From Marsupella aquatica (Eukaryota > Plantae > Marchantiophyta): 64,000 nucleotides of DNA. The DNA lies in contig OZ316893.1 in NCBI GenBank assembly GCA_973895155.1, forward strand, positions 27,538,210-27,602,209. Direction: 5' to 3'. A model generated the notes under the pieces. The model was not told the origin of the DNA, searched no databases, and saw only the letters and a list, made by a program, of their open reading frames with translations. The position numbers and the translations under genes are program-made. Of the stretch, positions 1-13,700 are shown one piece after another. Position 1 is the stretch's first letter; every line of letters starts with the position of its first letter.

Positions 1-891
1 AGTAACTCACCTCGGGAGGGCTGGACCCAAGTATTGAACACCCGATTCTTCATATCCATGTGAAAGAGTAACTCACTTTGAACTTCGAATCCACGATCTA
101 GTAGACTCACCTCGTTTCACCCACTACTAATAACTCTTTAGTACATTTAAATTTTCAAAAGCATATGTCCATGTAAACCATGCCGTCAAGATCGATAAAG
201 CTCCAGCGTTCGACAAAAGGACGAACAAACTCGTTGCTAGGATAAATTTTCATTTGAATTTCAATACTCTCCTCGACGAGTTTACCCAATACAGAGGAAA
301 AAGAAATTCGAGGTCAAACATTCGAAGATGTCCTGACTCACGACCTCCTTTCTACGAAGTAATGGAGACTTCGGTTGCCAGACCAGGCTCACAATCATCT
401 TTGCAAATGCGCCTTGCACATAAATCTTTCTGTAGAATCGGGAATCGATTTCTCCACACTAGACGAGTGCTTACTAAGATTGGATGCCTTGAAGCATGCA
501 TCAATCGGTAGAGAATTGTGGTTCTAGGAACTAGCCCTCAGTGAATTTTTGTTTAGCTCCTCTGCACATCATATCCGTCGTCTGGATTTGACCTCCCCAA
601 ATGCGGACGTAGATGACGGATCTAGATTGAGCACATGATTATTCATGAGCGGAAGCTTGATTGACGCTCTTCTTCCGCGCTCTACTTTAGGGTCTTCGCT
701 GTTCTCCTAAGCGAGCAGCTGACTAGTCGATGGTGATGTAGTTCTTGGTGGGACACAATTGATTCCTCGGGATCTCATGGATCGATTGTTGGACAGCTCA
801 TCGGCAAGCTGCAGCAGCTCTCTGATCGACAATTCTGTCAGTTTAAGATCCCTCCACTCTGTTTGTGGGGAGTACCAACACTGTCCCCTTG

Positions 892-1863
892 TCATCGGTC
901 GAACGTGTACAAGATATCAGACCGCATGGTGAACTTTGTCCCTTCTATCACGTCGTCCCCCGAATGCAACAGCCCCGCATGCTGGAAGACGAGAACCCTG
1001 CCCGCCACCGGATCAATGTTCAGTCGGTGCTCCATGTCGCGGCTGTGGAAGGTTGTTGCGCCACCGGTGCAGGTTTGGAACGTGGAGGAGGATGAACGTT
1101 CGGGCTGGACCGCAGCGAGGTCGGTCGCTTCCGAGTTTTTCTTCGCCTGCACAGAATCGTTAAGGTACAAATGCAATGTATAGAACGTTCTTTCCTCTTG
1201 ACCTGGCGTCTTGTAGAAGCCGTCGCAATGTGGCCTAAAAAACTGGCCTCTGCCATAGCGAAGAAACCGTAAGCGCTGGTTCAGCCCGGTAGGTTTCCAT
1301 CTATGGCCCAAGCTCACTGCAGTGCGCCCAAGAATGCTCTCTTTCTCCTTTCCTTCGATGACTGCTAAATCCTGACGGAGCTGTGGCGCGAGCAGGCAGC
1401 GTGACCAGATGCGGTTCGCGACATCGGCCGAGTCCCAGATGATCCGGTCGCTGTTTCGGTAGTCTGGCATGCTGTACTCCAACCCTGCGCGGCCAGAATT
1501 CACGAGGGCGGGCTTCCAGCCGTCGAATACTTTCTCTCCTTTCCCTCCTTTCTTTGGTTCCCTTCCTTCAGAGTGCGGTGCAACAGTACCAGTGTGCCCT
1601 CCGGCGCTGAGCTCTGCGAGGTAGATGAGCTCTTGGCATTCTGAGGGGCTTAGCACGTTGTCGAGCACGACGGCGTAGTGAGCTCGGTACTCGGGGATAG
1701 CGGAGGTGTTGAAGTCAATTTTGGTGTATGTTACCCGTGGTTGTGTGGACGGTGGTTGGCTGGAGAGGAAGTCTGTAGGGATGGAGACAGGGCGGGAGAT
1801 GTAGCTTGTTTCGACAAGTTCGCGTCCGCTGGTCTTGGCTCGGGCCTTTTTGAAGAACACCAT
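892..1863 (-). CDS. 2OG-Fe(II) dioxygenase (prolyl-4-hydroxylase-like), intronless, fungal-like
   Basis: 323-aa intact ORF. HxD motif (RFLRYGRGQFFRPHCDG), TLHLYLND, GGATTF, distal His (VLVFQHAGLLHSG) and 2OG-binding KFTMRSDILY. Confidence 0.85.
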   Translation of the reverse strand: MVFFKKARAKTSGRELVETSYISRPVSIPTDFLSSQPPSTQPRVTYTKIDFNTSAIPEYRAHYAVVLDNVLSPSECQELIYLAELSAGGHTGTVAPHSEGREPKKGGKGEKVFDGWKPALVNSGRAGLEYSMPDYRNSDRIIWDSADVANRIWSRCLLAPQLRQDLAVIEGKEKESILGRTAVSLGHRWKPTGLNQRLRFLRYGRGQFFRPHCDGFYKTPGQEERTFYTLHLYLNDSVQAKKNSEATDLAAVQPERSSSSTFQTCTGGATTFHSRDMEHRLNIDPVAGRVLVFQHAGLLHSGDDVIEGTKFTMRSDILYTFDR

Positions 1864-2230
1864 CGCTAATAGATTTGGCCGGTGGGAGAGGTTTCCAAGT
1901 GGTAACGAGGCTGATGTGCGTCACAACTAGTTGTCACAATCGGGTCAGAGGTTGCCTCAATCTGTATCCGGCGGCGTCAAATTCATGCAATGCTGGCGAA
2001 GAGGTGTTTCTCCAATGTTTCGGAGTCATCGAGAATGATTCCCCTCATTGCCAGGCACTAGTGTTTGAAATATCAACTTCCTCAGTGGAAGCGAATTGCT
2101 ACCAGATCCTCCCGCGCAGACCGTGCTTAATGGAAAGTTGCGTCGGTATGCGGAAGAAGTGAAAACTGAAACCCTCGCTGCCACAAAAAGGCCACAAATT
2201 CAATAAGAGAAGTCCTCCACGCCAAAGCAA

Positions 2231-2740
2231 TCTGCGAAATCGCGAAGCTCAGTAAGTGCTACGGTGGGCATTTTGCCGTGTGCAACAAGATATGTCCGAC
2301 GAAGAGCAGTAAGGTCCGGTACCTAAGGGGTAAGACATTTTCAAAGACTTTTTGACGCGTTTTCACGAATTCAGGAGTCTTCAAAGTCACAGTAGACCGC
2401 ACTCGAGTCGACCCATCCAATAATTTGGTTGCTTCTCAGTGACGGCTACAGCCATGATTTGAAGATGTCGCAGACAAAGTTCAACATTAAGAGCGTGAAG
2501 GGAAATCTAAGCTCCAGAATCCGGAAATCGCGAAGGTCACTACAGTAGTTATTCTCAGTAGATTATACAGTGGGCATCGTGCAGTGTGCAACAAGGCTGT
2601 CCGACGAATTGCAGTAAAGCCAGGTACCTAAGAGGTACGACATTTTCAAAGACAATTTGACGTGTTTTCACGAATCAAAAGTCTTTAAATCACCGAAGAC
2701 CACGCTCCAGTCGAGCCATCCAAAGATTTGGTTGCTTATG
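2231..2740. repeat. Diverged tandem duplication (~2231-2440 vs ~2521-2740) upstream of the oxygenase
   Basis: Shared blocks gaaatcgcgaag, gtgtgcaacaag, tgtccgacgaa, ggtacctaag, gacattttcaaagac, ttttcacgaat and atttggttgctt occur in the same order. Confidence 0.75.
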
Positions 2741-4646
2741 GGTGTACAGGACTGCACAGAATTAAAGACGTAAAATGCAAAGTAAATAATCAAAAGCGCC
2801 TACTTTAAGAGCTTGGACGGAAATCTAACTTCAGAATCCTTGGGCAGTAGAAGGAATGCTAATTTTTATCATACCTTTGAGATTTCACCCGCGGGCAAGC
2901 GAAGACAACAAATAGTGACTTCGAGGATATATACCGTATTCCAGTTGCGGTGGAGTTTTGAGGGCCAAAGAATCCGGTGTTTCAAACAACAAAAGTATAC
3001 TTGGGGAACACGAATTATTATTTAAGCTCTACAGTCTATAGGAATCATGACAAAATAGTGTCAAGTTTGACCTACGGTTCAGACAATCTAAACCGATGGT
3101 TGTTGGAATGAACTGACGAAGTGTCCTCCACATTCTCTTTCGACAAGGGTTGCAGATCGAGCTCCGAAGTACACTGATCGCACGATCAAAGGAAGAAGCG
3201 ATGAAGAATTGTGACCCTGCTGTCGATTCTAAGGAGATCTGGCTTTATTAGTCTATAGCTGACCAATTTTCTGCCCAGGCCGCAGATTGCTCAAGCTGCC
3301 CCTGCATCTCCCATAGCTTCACATTAGATCTTGCCCAACTCTTGCCCTGACTCACCCTCTGTGACCTGGATCCCCTCCTTCTGTGTTTATCTGCGCATTT
3401 GGCAACACAGATATTTCCTGGGTCCCCTACTTCTGTGTTTATCTCCGCATTTGACAACACAGATAAATTGCCAGACTCTCACCTTGGTTGACTCTTCTAC
3501 CCATTTGCGCCTTCCATCCACTACGTTGTGTGAACTTCCGCATCATATTGCAACGTACAGCAATCGCTTGCCCAACTCTGGCCCCACTTTCTCCGCTCAG
3601 TCTTCCATCCCCTACTTTTCTATTAACTTTTGCATCATTCAACTACAAAATGTGACTATAGATTTCCGCAATGTGAACACTTTTGCAATGGCATTTTCCA
3701 CAATGACATGCTTTTTGCAACCACACTCTTTTTGCAATGGCACATTCATACCAAAAGTTAACCTAGCTGCCCCAGAGTCATGGTCGAGAGGTTTCACTTC
3801 AGACCTCGGGCTTTAGTACAGTAGGTCATCTCAAATGTCCCTTTGGTGCCTCCGGTTGCAGTCAGTGATGGATTCCAGGGAAAAAAGTTGCTGACACAAA
3901 ATCCCACGTGTGCACACTGTACACTGCTGAACCGTAACCAAAACTGATAGTTCCAGGCATCGGTTTTTTTTTCGCAACTCCAAGGTTTGATACACCTGGA
4001 ACTATCAGTTTCAGAGACATTGAAGGGACCTAGTCTAGAAAGGGACCGATGCATTATCGCATGGATTATGGTGTAACCTAGCTAAAACAAATTCACTAGC
4101 TAATCCTTGTCACCCCAATCATGGTACTATTAGTAGCAACGAAGTAGCATTGTCAACAGAGTCAAGGGCCAAGAGTTATGACCCCAGCTAGAAGTTAACA
4201 CATGATGGTGCATAATACTCTGCACACATCCTTCCATTGCCCAACTTGAACTGGTGCATGGTGACCTCCAATGCCGGGTGACCTGCCCGTCGCCCGTGCC
4301 ATCAAGCTTCCGTGTGCCCTCTTAGCCCCTCCTCTCTATCACGCTTGCACCGGGTTTTTTTTTTAAGGTCTGGGGCAAGTAGCCACTGTCGTGACTGCCC
4401 ATTTGCTTGCCTAGGACTAGGTTTACTATAGACCTCATGATTCCATGCATCAGGAGGGTGGTGATCTCTCACCCACCCAAGTTATGTTTTTGGCAAGCAG
4501 TCGGATCTGCAAGTGACAAGTCTAATGTGTCTATTAGAAGATTTGGCAAGTTCAATCTGTAGGAAGAACAAGTTTGGAACTTTAGGGTTCTATCTTGCAA
4601 TGATTTAGTTCAGGTTGTGGAACAATCTTAGAAATACTTGAACTAA

Positions 4647-4992
4647 TGTTAGGTTTTACTCTTAAGTCTAGAGTTACGACTGTACCGTAATTAAGGTTAA
4701 CCTTAGTCGCAAACTTGGTTAGGTTAGTCATGTTGTGCACACTCTATAATCAAGCGGTGTTTGCTTGGAGAGTGGGAACTCAGGCTCATTGTTACGGAGC
4801 TAGTTGAGAGATAGGGAGAGTTTGTGCTATGGATGCTTGGTGTGGCCGGTTGGCCTAGAGTGCAGTAAAGCTCTCGTGTGTTCCCGTGGACGTAGCCTCA
4901 TGTGGAGGTGAACCACGTATCTCTATGTGTTGACTCTTGTGCGTTGGATGATTCATGGGTTTGCCGTTGCGATTGTCGTCTATACTTCAACA
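4647..4992 (+). repeat. 5' LTR of Ty1/copia element A
   Basis: TGTT...AACA termini, followed by the PBS. Near-identical to the reverse complement of 18469-18821. Preceded by ACTAA. Confidence 0.9.
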
Positions 4993-4994
4993 AT

Positions 4995-5006
4995 TGGTAT
5001 CAGAGC
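4995..5006 (+). promoter_or_regulatory. Primer-binding site (tRNA-iMet) of copia A
   Basis: TGGTATCAGAGC immediately after the LTR. Confidence 0.92.
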
Positions 5007-7369
5007 ATGTCTGGAGGTGACAAGGTTTTTTCATGATGGTTTTCCAACGTTCATTGTCGGTGTTGCATTTGGAGTTTCATCGCATGAAACTCAAATGTGT
5101 GTGGCTGAGCGGATAGATAAGTGAGAGGGCTTTCTATTGATGTATAGAACTCACTTGTTGGTATCCGTGGTGCGAAGGAATCAAAGTTTGCGTCGTTCTG
5201 GATTTATTAGTGTTCGATGGTTTTTCGGGGGGAGAGACCAGAGTTCGTGTTTTCAACGGTGTGAGCTTTGCGGTGCATGAGGCACTGCATGTTGTAGCTC
5301 AAGTTGAAGATTGAAGCAAGCTGATCGTTTCGGTAGCTGAGTTGCTGTTGAGTGGTTACCGAGTGCGTCGTGACGATTGAAGGAGGCGTTCAGATTTTTT
5401 CACAGGCTATGGAGCTTATTCCCATTTGAACCGGGTTTCTCATTGTTGCGTCCAACTCAGAGGGAGAAACGTGAAGTGCTAGGGCTCAACGGTGTGATCG
5501 TGGCAAAGCGTTCATCTTGAGTCCGAGATTGGCACTTGACACGGAGTGAGTGTGCCACGGCGGAAGGGTTTTTCTCTTGAGCTTGAAGACTGTGCTGACG
5601 AAATTTGGCAACTTTTCCCGTCAGTGGTCATTAGTTTTACTCCTGGAATCAGTGGCGGCAAGGTGTGTAACCAACATTTTTTTCCTTAAAACGACATATT
5701 TTTCTGGGTTACCTTAGAGCAAATGTTTTTGTGTGTTACCCGCCGGTTGTCCCTGCCCGCACCCTGCCCTTTGTGCCGGCCGCACTTCGCGGCGACGACG
5801 TTACTCCCTGGCCCGGCCTTGCCCGCTGCTTGTACTCGGCAGCGTACCGCCGCCAGTACGAGTCCCCCGCGTGTATGCCACCCCGGTCCCGGCCCTTATA
5901 CACGCATTTTTTACAAAGGGGTTTAAACCCCCCTTTTAAGGGCCAAATTTTTGTTTTTTCCCGACACCACTTTCTATTGGCTGTCCTGAGCATGGTGACC
6001 CTCCGTTTTAACCACTTGGACAGGGGGAACGGCCCCCTGTGAAACCTGTCAGACTGTGCAAGAATATTCTTGAAAAACATAGAGCTCTTTTTTGGCTGTC
6101 CGACAAAGATTTTGCACGCCGAAAGGTAACTTTTTTGGTTCTTTTTCGGCAAGGTCATAGCCATTGAAGTTAGCAACACGGCGCACCAATAAAATTGCGA
6201 TTCCAACGACGGGTTGTACTTGGCATTTCGGTTATTCCCTGAGGTGGTCAAAACAGGGGAGTTTCCCAAGGTTTTATCCACCCCGACCAAAATTTGTATA
6301 ACTTTTCCGTCAAAATTTGATTTTGATTTTGGTTTTCAGTGTTGGACTCTTATCTTTGTGGGCTACGCGACGGTGTTTAGTTTTGAGTTTTGTTAGAAGT
6401 TATGAAAAACAACATTTTTTGTGATTTTCTCATATGAGTGATTCGAAGGAGATTTTTGAAGACGTGGAACTTGAAGCACGAGGATCACCGCGGCGGTTTG
6501 AGGTGGAGAGAGAGGATCAGGAGGAAGAGCACATGACACCGGTACCATCACCGTTGCGGCGTGTGGTGGAGGAAGCAGTTGTACTACCAGAGCTCACGGT
6601 AGTGCAAAAGAAGAAGATGGGGACATTCAAGCTTGGGGGACCCAAGTATATCAAAGTGACAAAGTATGATGGGTGCTCTGACTACTTGCTCTGGGAGAAG
6701 CAGGTGAAGGGAGTGTTCTATACTTCAGGGATGGGCCAACTGTTGAGTCCTCGTGAAGATGATGTTGATGAGAAACAATGAGATTGCACCTGCAACATAT
6801 AGTGCAATCATAGTACAAGCTTAGTAAATTAAGTCTTACTGAACAAGTACCACTGTACATTACACTTTTCATATTCTGCATGGAGTCCAACAATGATTGG
6901 TATACAGAAGGGCCTGGAAATATTCGGGACAATTTGATAGCAAAGTGAGATTGAATTGCAGGGCATAGAATAAAATGCAGCATTCCAAATAATTTGGAGT
7001 GGATAATAGAGATAATGAGCAGTAGACTTGACAGTAGGCACAACACCTCGATGTTTCAAATAAACCTTTCATTTCATCTGTATACATAAGTCTTGGCACT
7101 CCAACATGGAGTATTGATTCAGAGACCTGCCAATTTGAAACTTGCATTGCATAAAAAACAAATTCCTTCCAAATTGACTAGGTATATCCAAACGCTACCC
7201 TGATCTTTACGACTATCAGTTGTGCCCAGAGTACACATCTAATGATGAACTAAAGGGTTATACTAGAGTCGGACACGAGGTCGAACAATGGACGACATTG
7301 AGCCTAGCTGCATGAATCATCGACACCATTATCGATTGCATTCCTCCTGTACCAGGTCGGACGAGTCTT

Positions 7370-8300
7370 GTCTGCTTGATGTAGGTGTGGTTTCATCATC
7401 GAAGAGAAACTTGGAATCAAGCTAGTAAGCGTTATCAATGTCTTTACCGCCTAGCTCGTCCCCATCCACCATAATCGGTCTATTTGGGAGTGGTGCGTAA
7501 AAAACATAGGATCCCTTGCAGATGAGTATTCGTCATGCATGTCCTCTCCATTTGGATCTTGTCAATCACCAGTCCACCCACGCAGACGCGTACCAGTTTC
7601 GAACACTCCTGCAACTCGAAGGTATTCATCCTCTAAGTAGACATTTTTCCCCATAGAAGGGCTGGGGAGCTTGGACTTGGCCTATCATTGACCACCACAA
7701 GGCACAGTAGTGGTTGTGCAACACTACATCATGATCTCTATTATAGTCCGGAGACGGAGTTTCGAAGTCGACCCTGAAGAAGGCTGATGGAATTTAGATC
7801 GTTTGTCATGGCAAAGGCTAGAATTTCTGGTTGACGAAGATCGGTGGTGGGATGTCTTCATTCTGCAGGTCTTTACTTCCAGTGGGAAATGCCAAAGGTT
7901 GAGGCTTGAAGCGAGCTGTCTAACTTGCTTCAACAAATCCAATCAGCCTGCCCGACAGTTTTGAGCAACAAAGAAAATCCATGAGCCGGGTATCGATTCT
8001 ATCAAGCTAGCAAACGTGAGAAGACGAGGGACGAGTGCATGTAAGGAGCTGAAACGGATAATCCAGCGAGAAATGAAACCTGCGCCTCATTTTCTTGATC
8101 AATTAATCTCCTGAGCTGTCAGTAGGTAGAGTGGTGAGGGAGAACCAAAAATCGATGAGTGGCCGTCTTCAGTTTTGCATTCATGCACTTGGAAATGAGA
8201 CGCTCCTTGCTATATTTTAGCAACTGAATCAGCTCCTGCCCGGAATGCCAGTCGATGATGCCAAACAACACCGCAGCTGCAGGCTAGGACAAAAACAATC
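7370..8300 (-). pseudogene. Highly degenerate polyphenol oxidase remnant
   Basis: Minus-strand translation gives the CuB-type SARDPMFFTHHSQIDRLW, then ELGGKDIDNAY*LDSKFLFDDE (DWL region) and PSPFYGEK, colinear with the PPO at 10127-11851. Multiple stops and frameshifts. Boundaries approximate. Confidence 0.7.
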
Positions 8301-8701
8301 ACCTTGAGCTATACTTAAAGCCCTCCTCCTTATTAGTTTTGCTATTTATTTTGCAGTATAGTTGTATCACACTAGCTGAATGCATGTGCAAGAAGTCATT
8401 GAGCTAGAGGAAGTGTCTTGAGAGAAAACATTTGGAGGAAGTGTTCTGAAGTCAAAATGATTTCAAAGCCAAATTGTTGTGAAAGAGAAAGTGTTGTAGT
8501 TTGCGGAATTGTGGCTAAATAGTATTATTTATTAGATTGAGCAATATCATCAAACCAAAAGCTTGCAAAGAACATCATCATTCAGCAGAAATGATGTTTG
8601 AAAATGTTATTGTTGTGATTAAAGTGTTGCCTTTCGTTCCAGGTTGTGATGAAGAATATGGCCACATCAAAAGAGAAGGCAAAATATATGCAGGTGGGGA
8701 G

Positions 8702-8988
8702 CTCGGGGGTTAACTAAGTGTATATTTTTGGGGTACCATGTGCAATTATAACCTAATATAAATAGACCTATTTTATAAAGAAAATATTCTAAAAATATTC
8801 TCCATTTTCAATATTAATAACCTATTTTATTTTATAAAAAGTATATATTATAGAATATTTTATAAACATGAGTTTATAATACCTTCTTTTGCCTTCTATG
8901 TTTTTTAAAAATTTAGTTAATTTTTATCAAAAATACCTATTTTGGATCACACGTGGTTCCTAAGATTTTTGATAGTCAACCCCCCGAG
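8702..8988. mobile_element. MITE, CTCGGGGG TIR family
   Basis: TIR ctcgggggttaacta / tagtcaaccccccgag. 8-bp TSD GTGGGGAG. AT-rich core near-identical to 63762-64000. Confidence 0.85.
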
Positions 8989-10126
8989 GTGGGGAGGGGA
9001 TACATAATGAGAGAGAGAGAAAGAGAAATCCACTCCAAAAAAAGGCAAAGTAGTGGGAGGGGCCACCTTGAATAGACAACAACAAACTCTAATGCCCTAT
9101 TCCTATTGGACCGAAACAATTCCAAGCAATTAAAGAAAACTAACACCCCCTCCCAAAGAGAACAAAATCCCTCCCCCTGTTAAAGGTCTTTCTTGCCTTG
9201 TGAGTGTGCGTGTGTGTTGGGGGGCAGTTTTGCCATGTGCCCTTCCTCTAAGAGAATTGGGAGAAGTGAATTAGAAGAAGTGCCAAAAAAAGGGATAAAA
9301 GTAAAACAAACAGCCCCTCACCCCCATATATTGCATGTCTTTTAATAAGCATTGGGCATGGCACTGCCAGGCAGCATGGGCGCGCGCAGGCACTATGGGC
9401 AAGGACGGTCCAGATACATCAACAAACTAATGCATTCCTCAAGATGACAAAAGGTGTGTCTGAAAATCCTGCAATTGATAACATCCTAGCCTTGCTTTGA
9501 ATCTGGACTTGGGCAATTATTTAGGGGTTTCCTTGAAGGACAAAAAGCGCTTTGTAAGGGGAAATACTTCTTGCATGATATTTCAATATAATTCTTACAA
9601 CAACACTACTACAACAGCCTTCGGCTTATCATACATGAAACCCACCCTGGACAGTTGGGAACAGATGCCATGTGATATGCAAAAGACAAGTGTTTGGACC
9701 TCATGGTTACTAATCCCTTTAGTAGCTGGCCACTGAACCACTGAACCGATTATATTTCAATTCGGCAGGGATGCAGAACTATTCTGCTCTACAATTGCAC
9801 GTGATCGAGTCTTTCTGACCGCAGATGTCACCCCTGGCCCCCAGCCTGACCAACTTCTTTAGTTAGTTGACCACCTCGACTCGTTGTGCAATTCGAACTC
9901 TGGGTTTCTGTATTCTCACCAATGTGAGAGGTCCTTGAAGTCCAGGCACTTAGTTACTCCGAACGTACAATGTTTAATTCGATCGAGTCGAAATCGGAGT
10001 CCGAAACCATATCTGATTGTGGATAAACCATGGTGGTAGCTAGCAATGGTAACCTATATTTCACTAATTATACAGCTCTAACTTGGAACAATTTCAAGGT
10101 TCACTCAGGGCCTGATTGATTGAAGA

Positions 10127-11851
10127 TCATTTTGCCCTCTTCATCTCCACCGTCAGGCCCGTAACTGTAACTGAAACCTCAGAGTCGTGCTTTGGATCCC
10201 ATGCGGGAACGAACGTGACTTCCAGCGACTTTTGGTGAACAATGTCCAAAATCTGCAGTGTGTCTCTGATCCCGATAGTTCTACTGAACTTCCGAGCAAC
10301 AGTCCGGTCCATTCCTTCAGCAAGCCCTTCGGCCTCGACTGCCACGGCACCGAGATACTCCACACAATGCTGAACGGTCTTCTCGTCTGCTTCCGGGAAC
10401 TCCAAGAAGATTTTGATCAGCACGGTGACGTCAAAGGGCTTTTCCACGACTCCACTTACCACCATCACCTCATCATACACCGACAAATCGTCTGTGCTCC
10501 TGAGCACCGCGGTCCTAGACACTCGCGAGGTCACCGCCGCTCTCCTCACTCCTCCTAGAACAGCTTTTACACCATTTGTTTCTGTCTGGAAAAAGCTTCC
10601 GAGCACCCTGGCGATTGTTCGATAGGTTCCTCCGGTGATCACTTCGCGCCAGAACCGTCTAGGAATGCTGGCTTGGGCATATTTGGGATCGATATCCCGA
10701 ATGGATTTCGGGGTGAATTGTAGCCAATCCGGATCGTCTTGCTCGTATGTGACCCTGAAGTTGTCGAAGTTCAAACTATCTCGGACGTTCACACGCACAA
10801 GATCCCCGTTCTCATCATAGAATATGAACTCGGAATCAAGCCAGTCAGGATCGTCGTAGCCTTTCCCCCCCCAGCTCTGCCACATCTCCCACAACCGGTC
10901 TACTTGGGAGTGGTGCGAGTGAAAGATAGGATCCCGTGCTGCTGAGTAACAGGTACACATGTCCTCTCCAGCTATATTTCCTTCGTCACCAGTCCAAGTA
11001 TGAATGGCAGTATGCGGACCCCCTTCAAACACCCCTGTACGCGATTTATCGAATCCCTGATTTAGAGGCAATTTCTGACCATAGAAGGCCTCGGGAGTTC
11101 GGACTTGGCCTATCATTGTCCGCCACATCTGATAATAGTTATCTTGCAACAGCACATGGGGATCCTTAATTCCTGGAGGATTAAACAGATCTAAATCGGG
11201 CCTGATAGGAGGCTGGTGGATTTTTTATCGCCGCTCATCGTAAAGGCTAGAATTCTTGTTGGTGAAGATGGCTGGTATCACGTTGGCTGGTGGGTAATAC
11301 TCATTCTGCACGTCCCAAGCCCAGTATGGAACGGCGAGGGTGTTATCCCCTATTAGGCTTCAGAGAATCCGCTCGTAGAAATACACGTACCAGCGGTGGA
11401 ATGGAATTACAAGCCAACTGGCGTGCACATTGAGAGTGTTGGAAGAATTGACTCTCTTGTACGCTCCACAGTAGGCACAATGGAGCCTTGCCTGTGCTTC
11501 GAAGGAGCGCCCATCATCTGGCGGGAGAGCTCTCATGAGCTCCACTGCTCGCTCATACTTACGGAGATCATCATCTAACTTGTGGGCAGGTCTGCGAACT
11601 CGCACTGGCAGGTCGAAATTAAATTTGAAGTCCTTGATTGGCCTGGTAGCATCAACGACGCAGCACTCAACTGCGTCCGCAGCAGTTCTCTTAGGAGGAA
11701 TGACTGGCATACAATTGCTCAAGTCTGGGCCTAGAATGGGAGCTCCTTCAACAAGGACAAGCTTTGTTGAGATAAGTACCACCGCGAAGAAGACTGCAAT
11801 GCACACCGGTTTCGACACCATCCTTTCTGATGCACTTGCTTGCTGCTGCAC
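10127..11851 (-). pseudogene. PPO: Polyphenol oxidase (tyrosinase family) with signal peptide and two in-frame stops
   Basis: CuA (HCAYC; HASWLVIPFHRWY), CuB (GPHTAIHTWTG; AARDPIFHSHHSQVDRLW), DPDWLDSEF (DWL) domain and a hydrophobic N-terminus. ORFs 11360-11851 and 10127-11155 are in the same frame, separated by TGA at 11360-11362 and TAA near 11225. Confidence 0.9.
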
Positions 11852-13700
11852 CTTTGCATTCGGTCTTCTACACCGACTCCAGAGCGAGGACCTGCTCCAG
11901 GCATGAACGTAAAATGATCAATCTAATAAACGGTACTGATCGTACGTTCAATTTCTGTCAAATTTTGTGATTGCTATGTGTCAACTGGAATCCATAACCT
12001 TGAGAAACATTGTACTAGAACAATCGAGCTCACAATCACCGTCTTTTAAAACCTAGAATTTACAACCTACTCGTCTAAAACTACGTAAATACAACTTTAT
12101 TCGGCATCGTTATATACTAGGGAATTCGTCTAGTTGCGAAGTCACGAAGACAAACCGCAAAGGCACTAATTCAAGCATGGTGGCTTCTCCTAGATTATTT
12201 TACTGCCTGTGAGGAGAATGATACCTTGATCAACAGAATTTCTCACATCAAAGCCCCAGACTTTCTGAAAGCATACCGCAGGAGTGCCACGCAGTCTACC
12301 ACGACAGAGTTTAGGGGGTCGACGTACTTAAGGAAGTGAAACATCTGAGACATGCAAAGACTAATCTCAGGACCAACAAAAATCTTTGTCCTTTAATCGC
12401 ATGCAAAAGCCGCAAGGGATATGGATGACGTATTGCCCGGAGAGCGGTCTTCCTGTCTGGACTTTAGACCGCATAAAATGAACACATAAAATACTAGGCT
12501 ATATAGCTAGTGTGACGAATGGAGAGAAGAACGGAAACTTACTGAAACGTCCATGAAATCGTATGGAGATTACAGTTAGAAAATAAATTTTCCCGTTCAT
12601 GATCCTAACAGCATTGTTCTCAAGAAGTTCAGCATGATACATTCATAACCATGTACCTACATAGTGTAGGAAGAGAAACAGGCCCTTCCGACGACTGCCT
12701 GAGTCAGCTTCATGTCGAGCAGATACTAAAAGCAAACCAAAACAACATTGCATAGAGCTCTTGATCTATTGCGCAACACAATGATTGTGCCTTTGCCTCA
12801 GACAAAGGCTAGTCGTAGACCGAATCCCAGGAAAGGAAATCCAGAAAGGACCGTCTCTGCCTGGCTAGCTTGTTTATGCAGGACGTATACAGAGGTACAT
12901 GATGGAGGGACGAGGACTCACACAGCTGACATCTATTGGCACTCAGTAATGCAAACCAATCACTCCAGGCAAGAAAAAGCCAACAATTTTCAATTGAATC
13001 CTACCTGCTTACCTGCTTTGAACGATCAATCTCTTCAGCTCTAGGTAGAGCGCCGCTGGCAAACAACGATCCAGTTCTCGGCCTCCTTCTCCTATATTCA
13101 ATTCGAAACCAGATACTCCTAGCTAGCTCCACTTCTCGGCCTCCTTTTCCTAGATTCAATTCCAAACCAGACACTCCTCGCCATCTACTCTCTTCGTGAT
13201 TTATAAGGAGTGTGAATCTCCATATCCATCATGGTGCAGCTACAGACCATAAATCTAAGGGTGGCTTTACTAGACGGTGTTAGCGGCGGTTTGCCAGTTT
13301 CCGTCTGGTGCTGTTCACTTTACCAATTATTGGGGGCATTTAAATCTAGGCATTTAAACCTAACCTTTTACCAATACTACTTTTTGGGGTCCAACTTTCT
13401 GCTTTTTGCTTGGAGTTCTCTTGTCTAGCCCTTTGGTACACTCCTATTGTAAGTCATTTAGATTAAAAGGGGACCCACAAGCCTTTCATAAGGGGACCCA
13501 CAAGCCTTTCATAATTTCCGAACTTGTTTCATAATTTCTGAACTTGTCACAGCTAGAAAGACTCGAGTAAGCCAAAGAATACCATGACATTCAGGTGGGG
13601 TGCGTCCTAGTCTGTCTTTTAGCAGATTAATGTAGCAGCACTAGCTGTACTTGGCCAGCAAAATACTTGATGGACGCTAAAGACATTAGCTGTACTTGGC

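Larger units (their letters stand above)
4647..6792 (+). mobile_element. Copia A, 5' part (LTR, PBS, long leader, gag N-terminus), broken at ~6792
   Basis: ORF 6434-6781 has the copia gag N-terminal pattern KYDGCSDYLLWEKQVKGVF. The leader shares blocks with the copia B leader (44200-44920, -). Confidence 0.8.

Noticed and set aside
1-890. Short ORFs at the window start
   Set aside because: No recognisable motifs; possibly a decayed element, but not assignable.
5700-6290. GC-rich overlapping ORFs in the copia A leader
   Set aside because: No motifs, and no convincing TIR or TSD for a separate insertion. Treated as retroelement leader.
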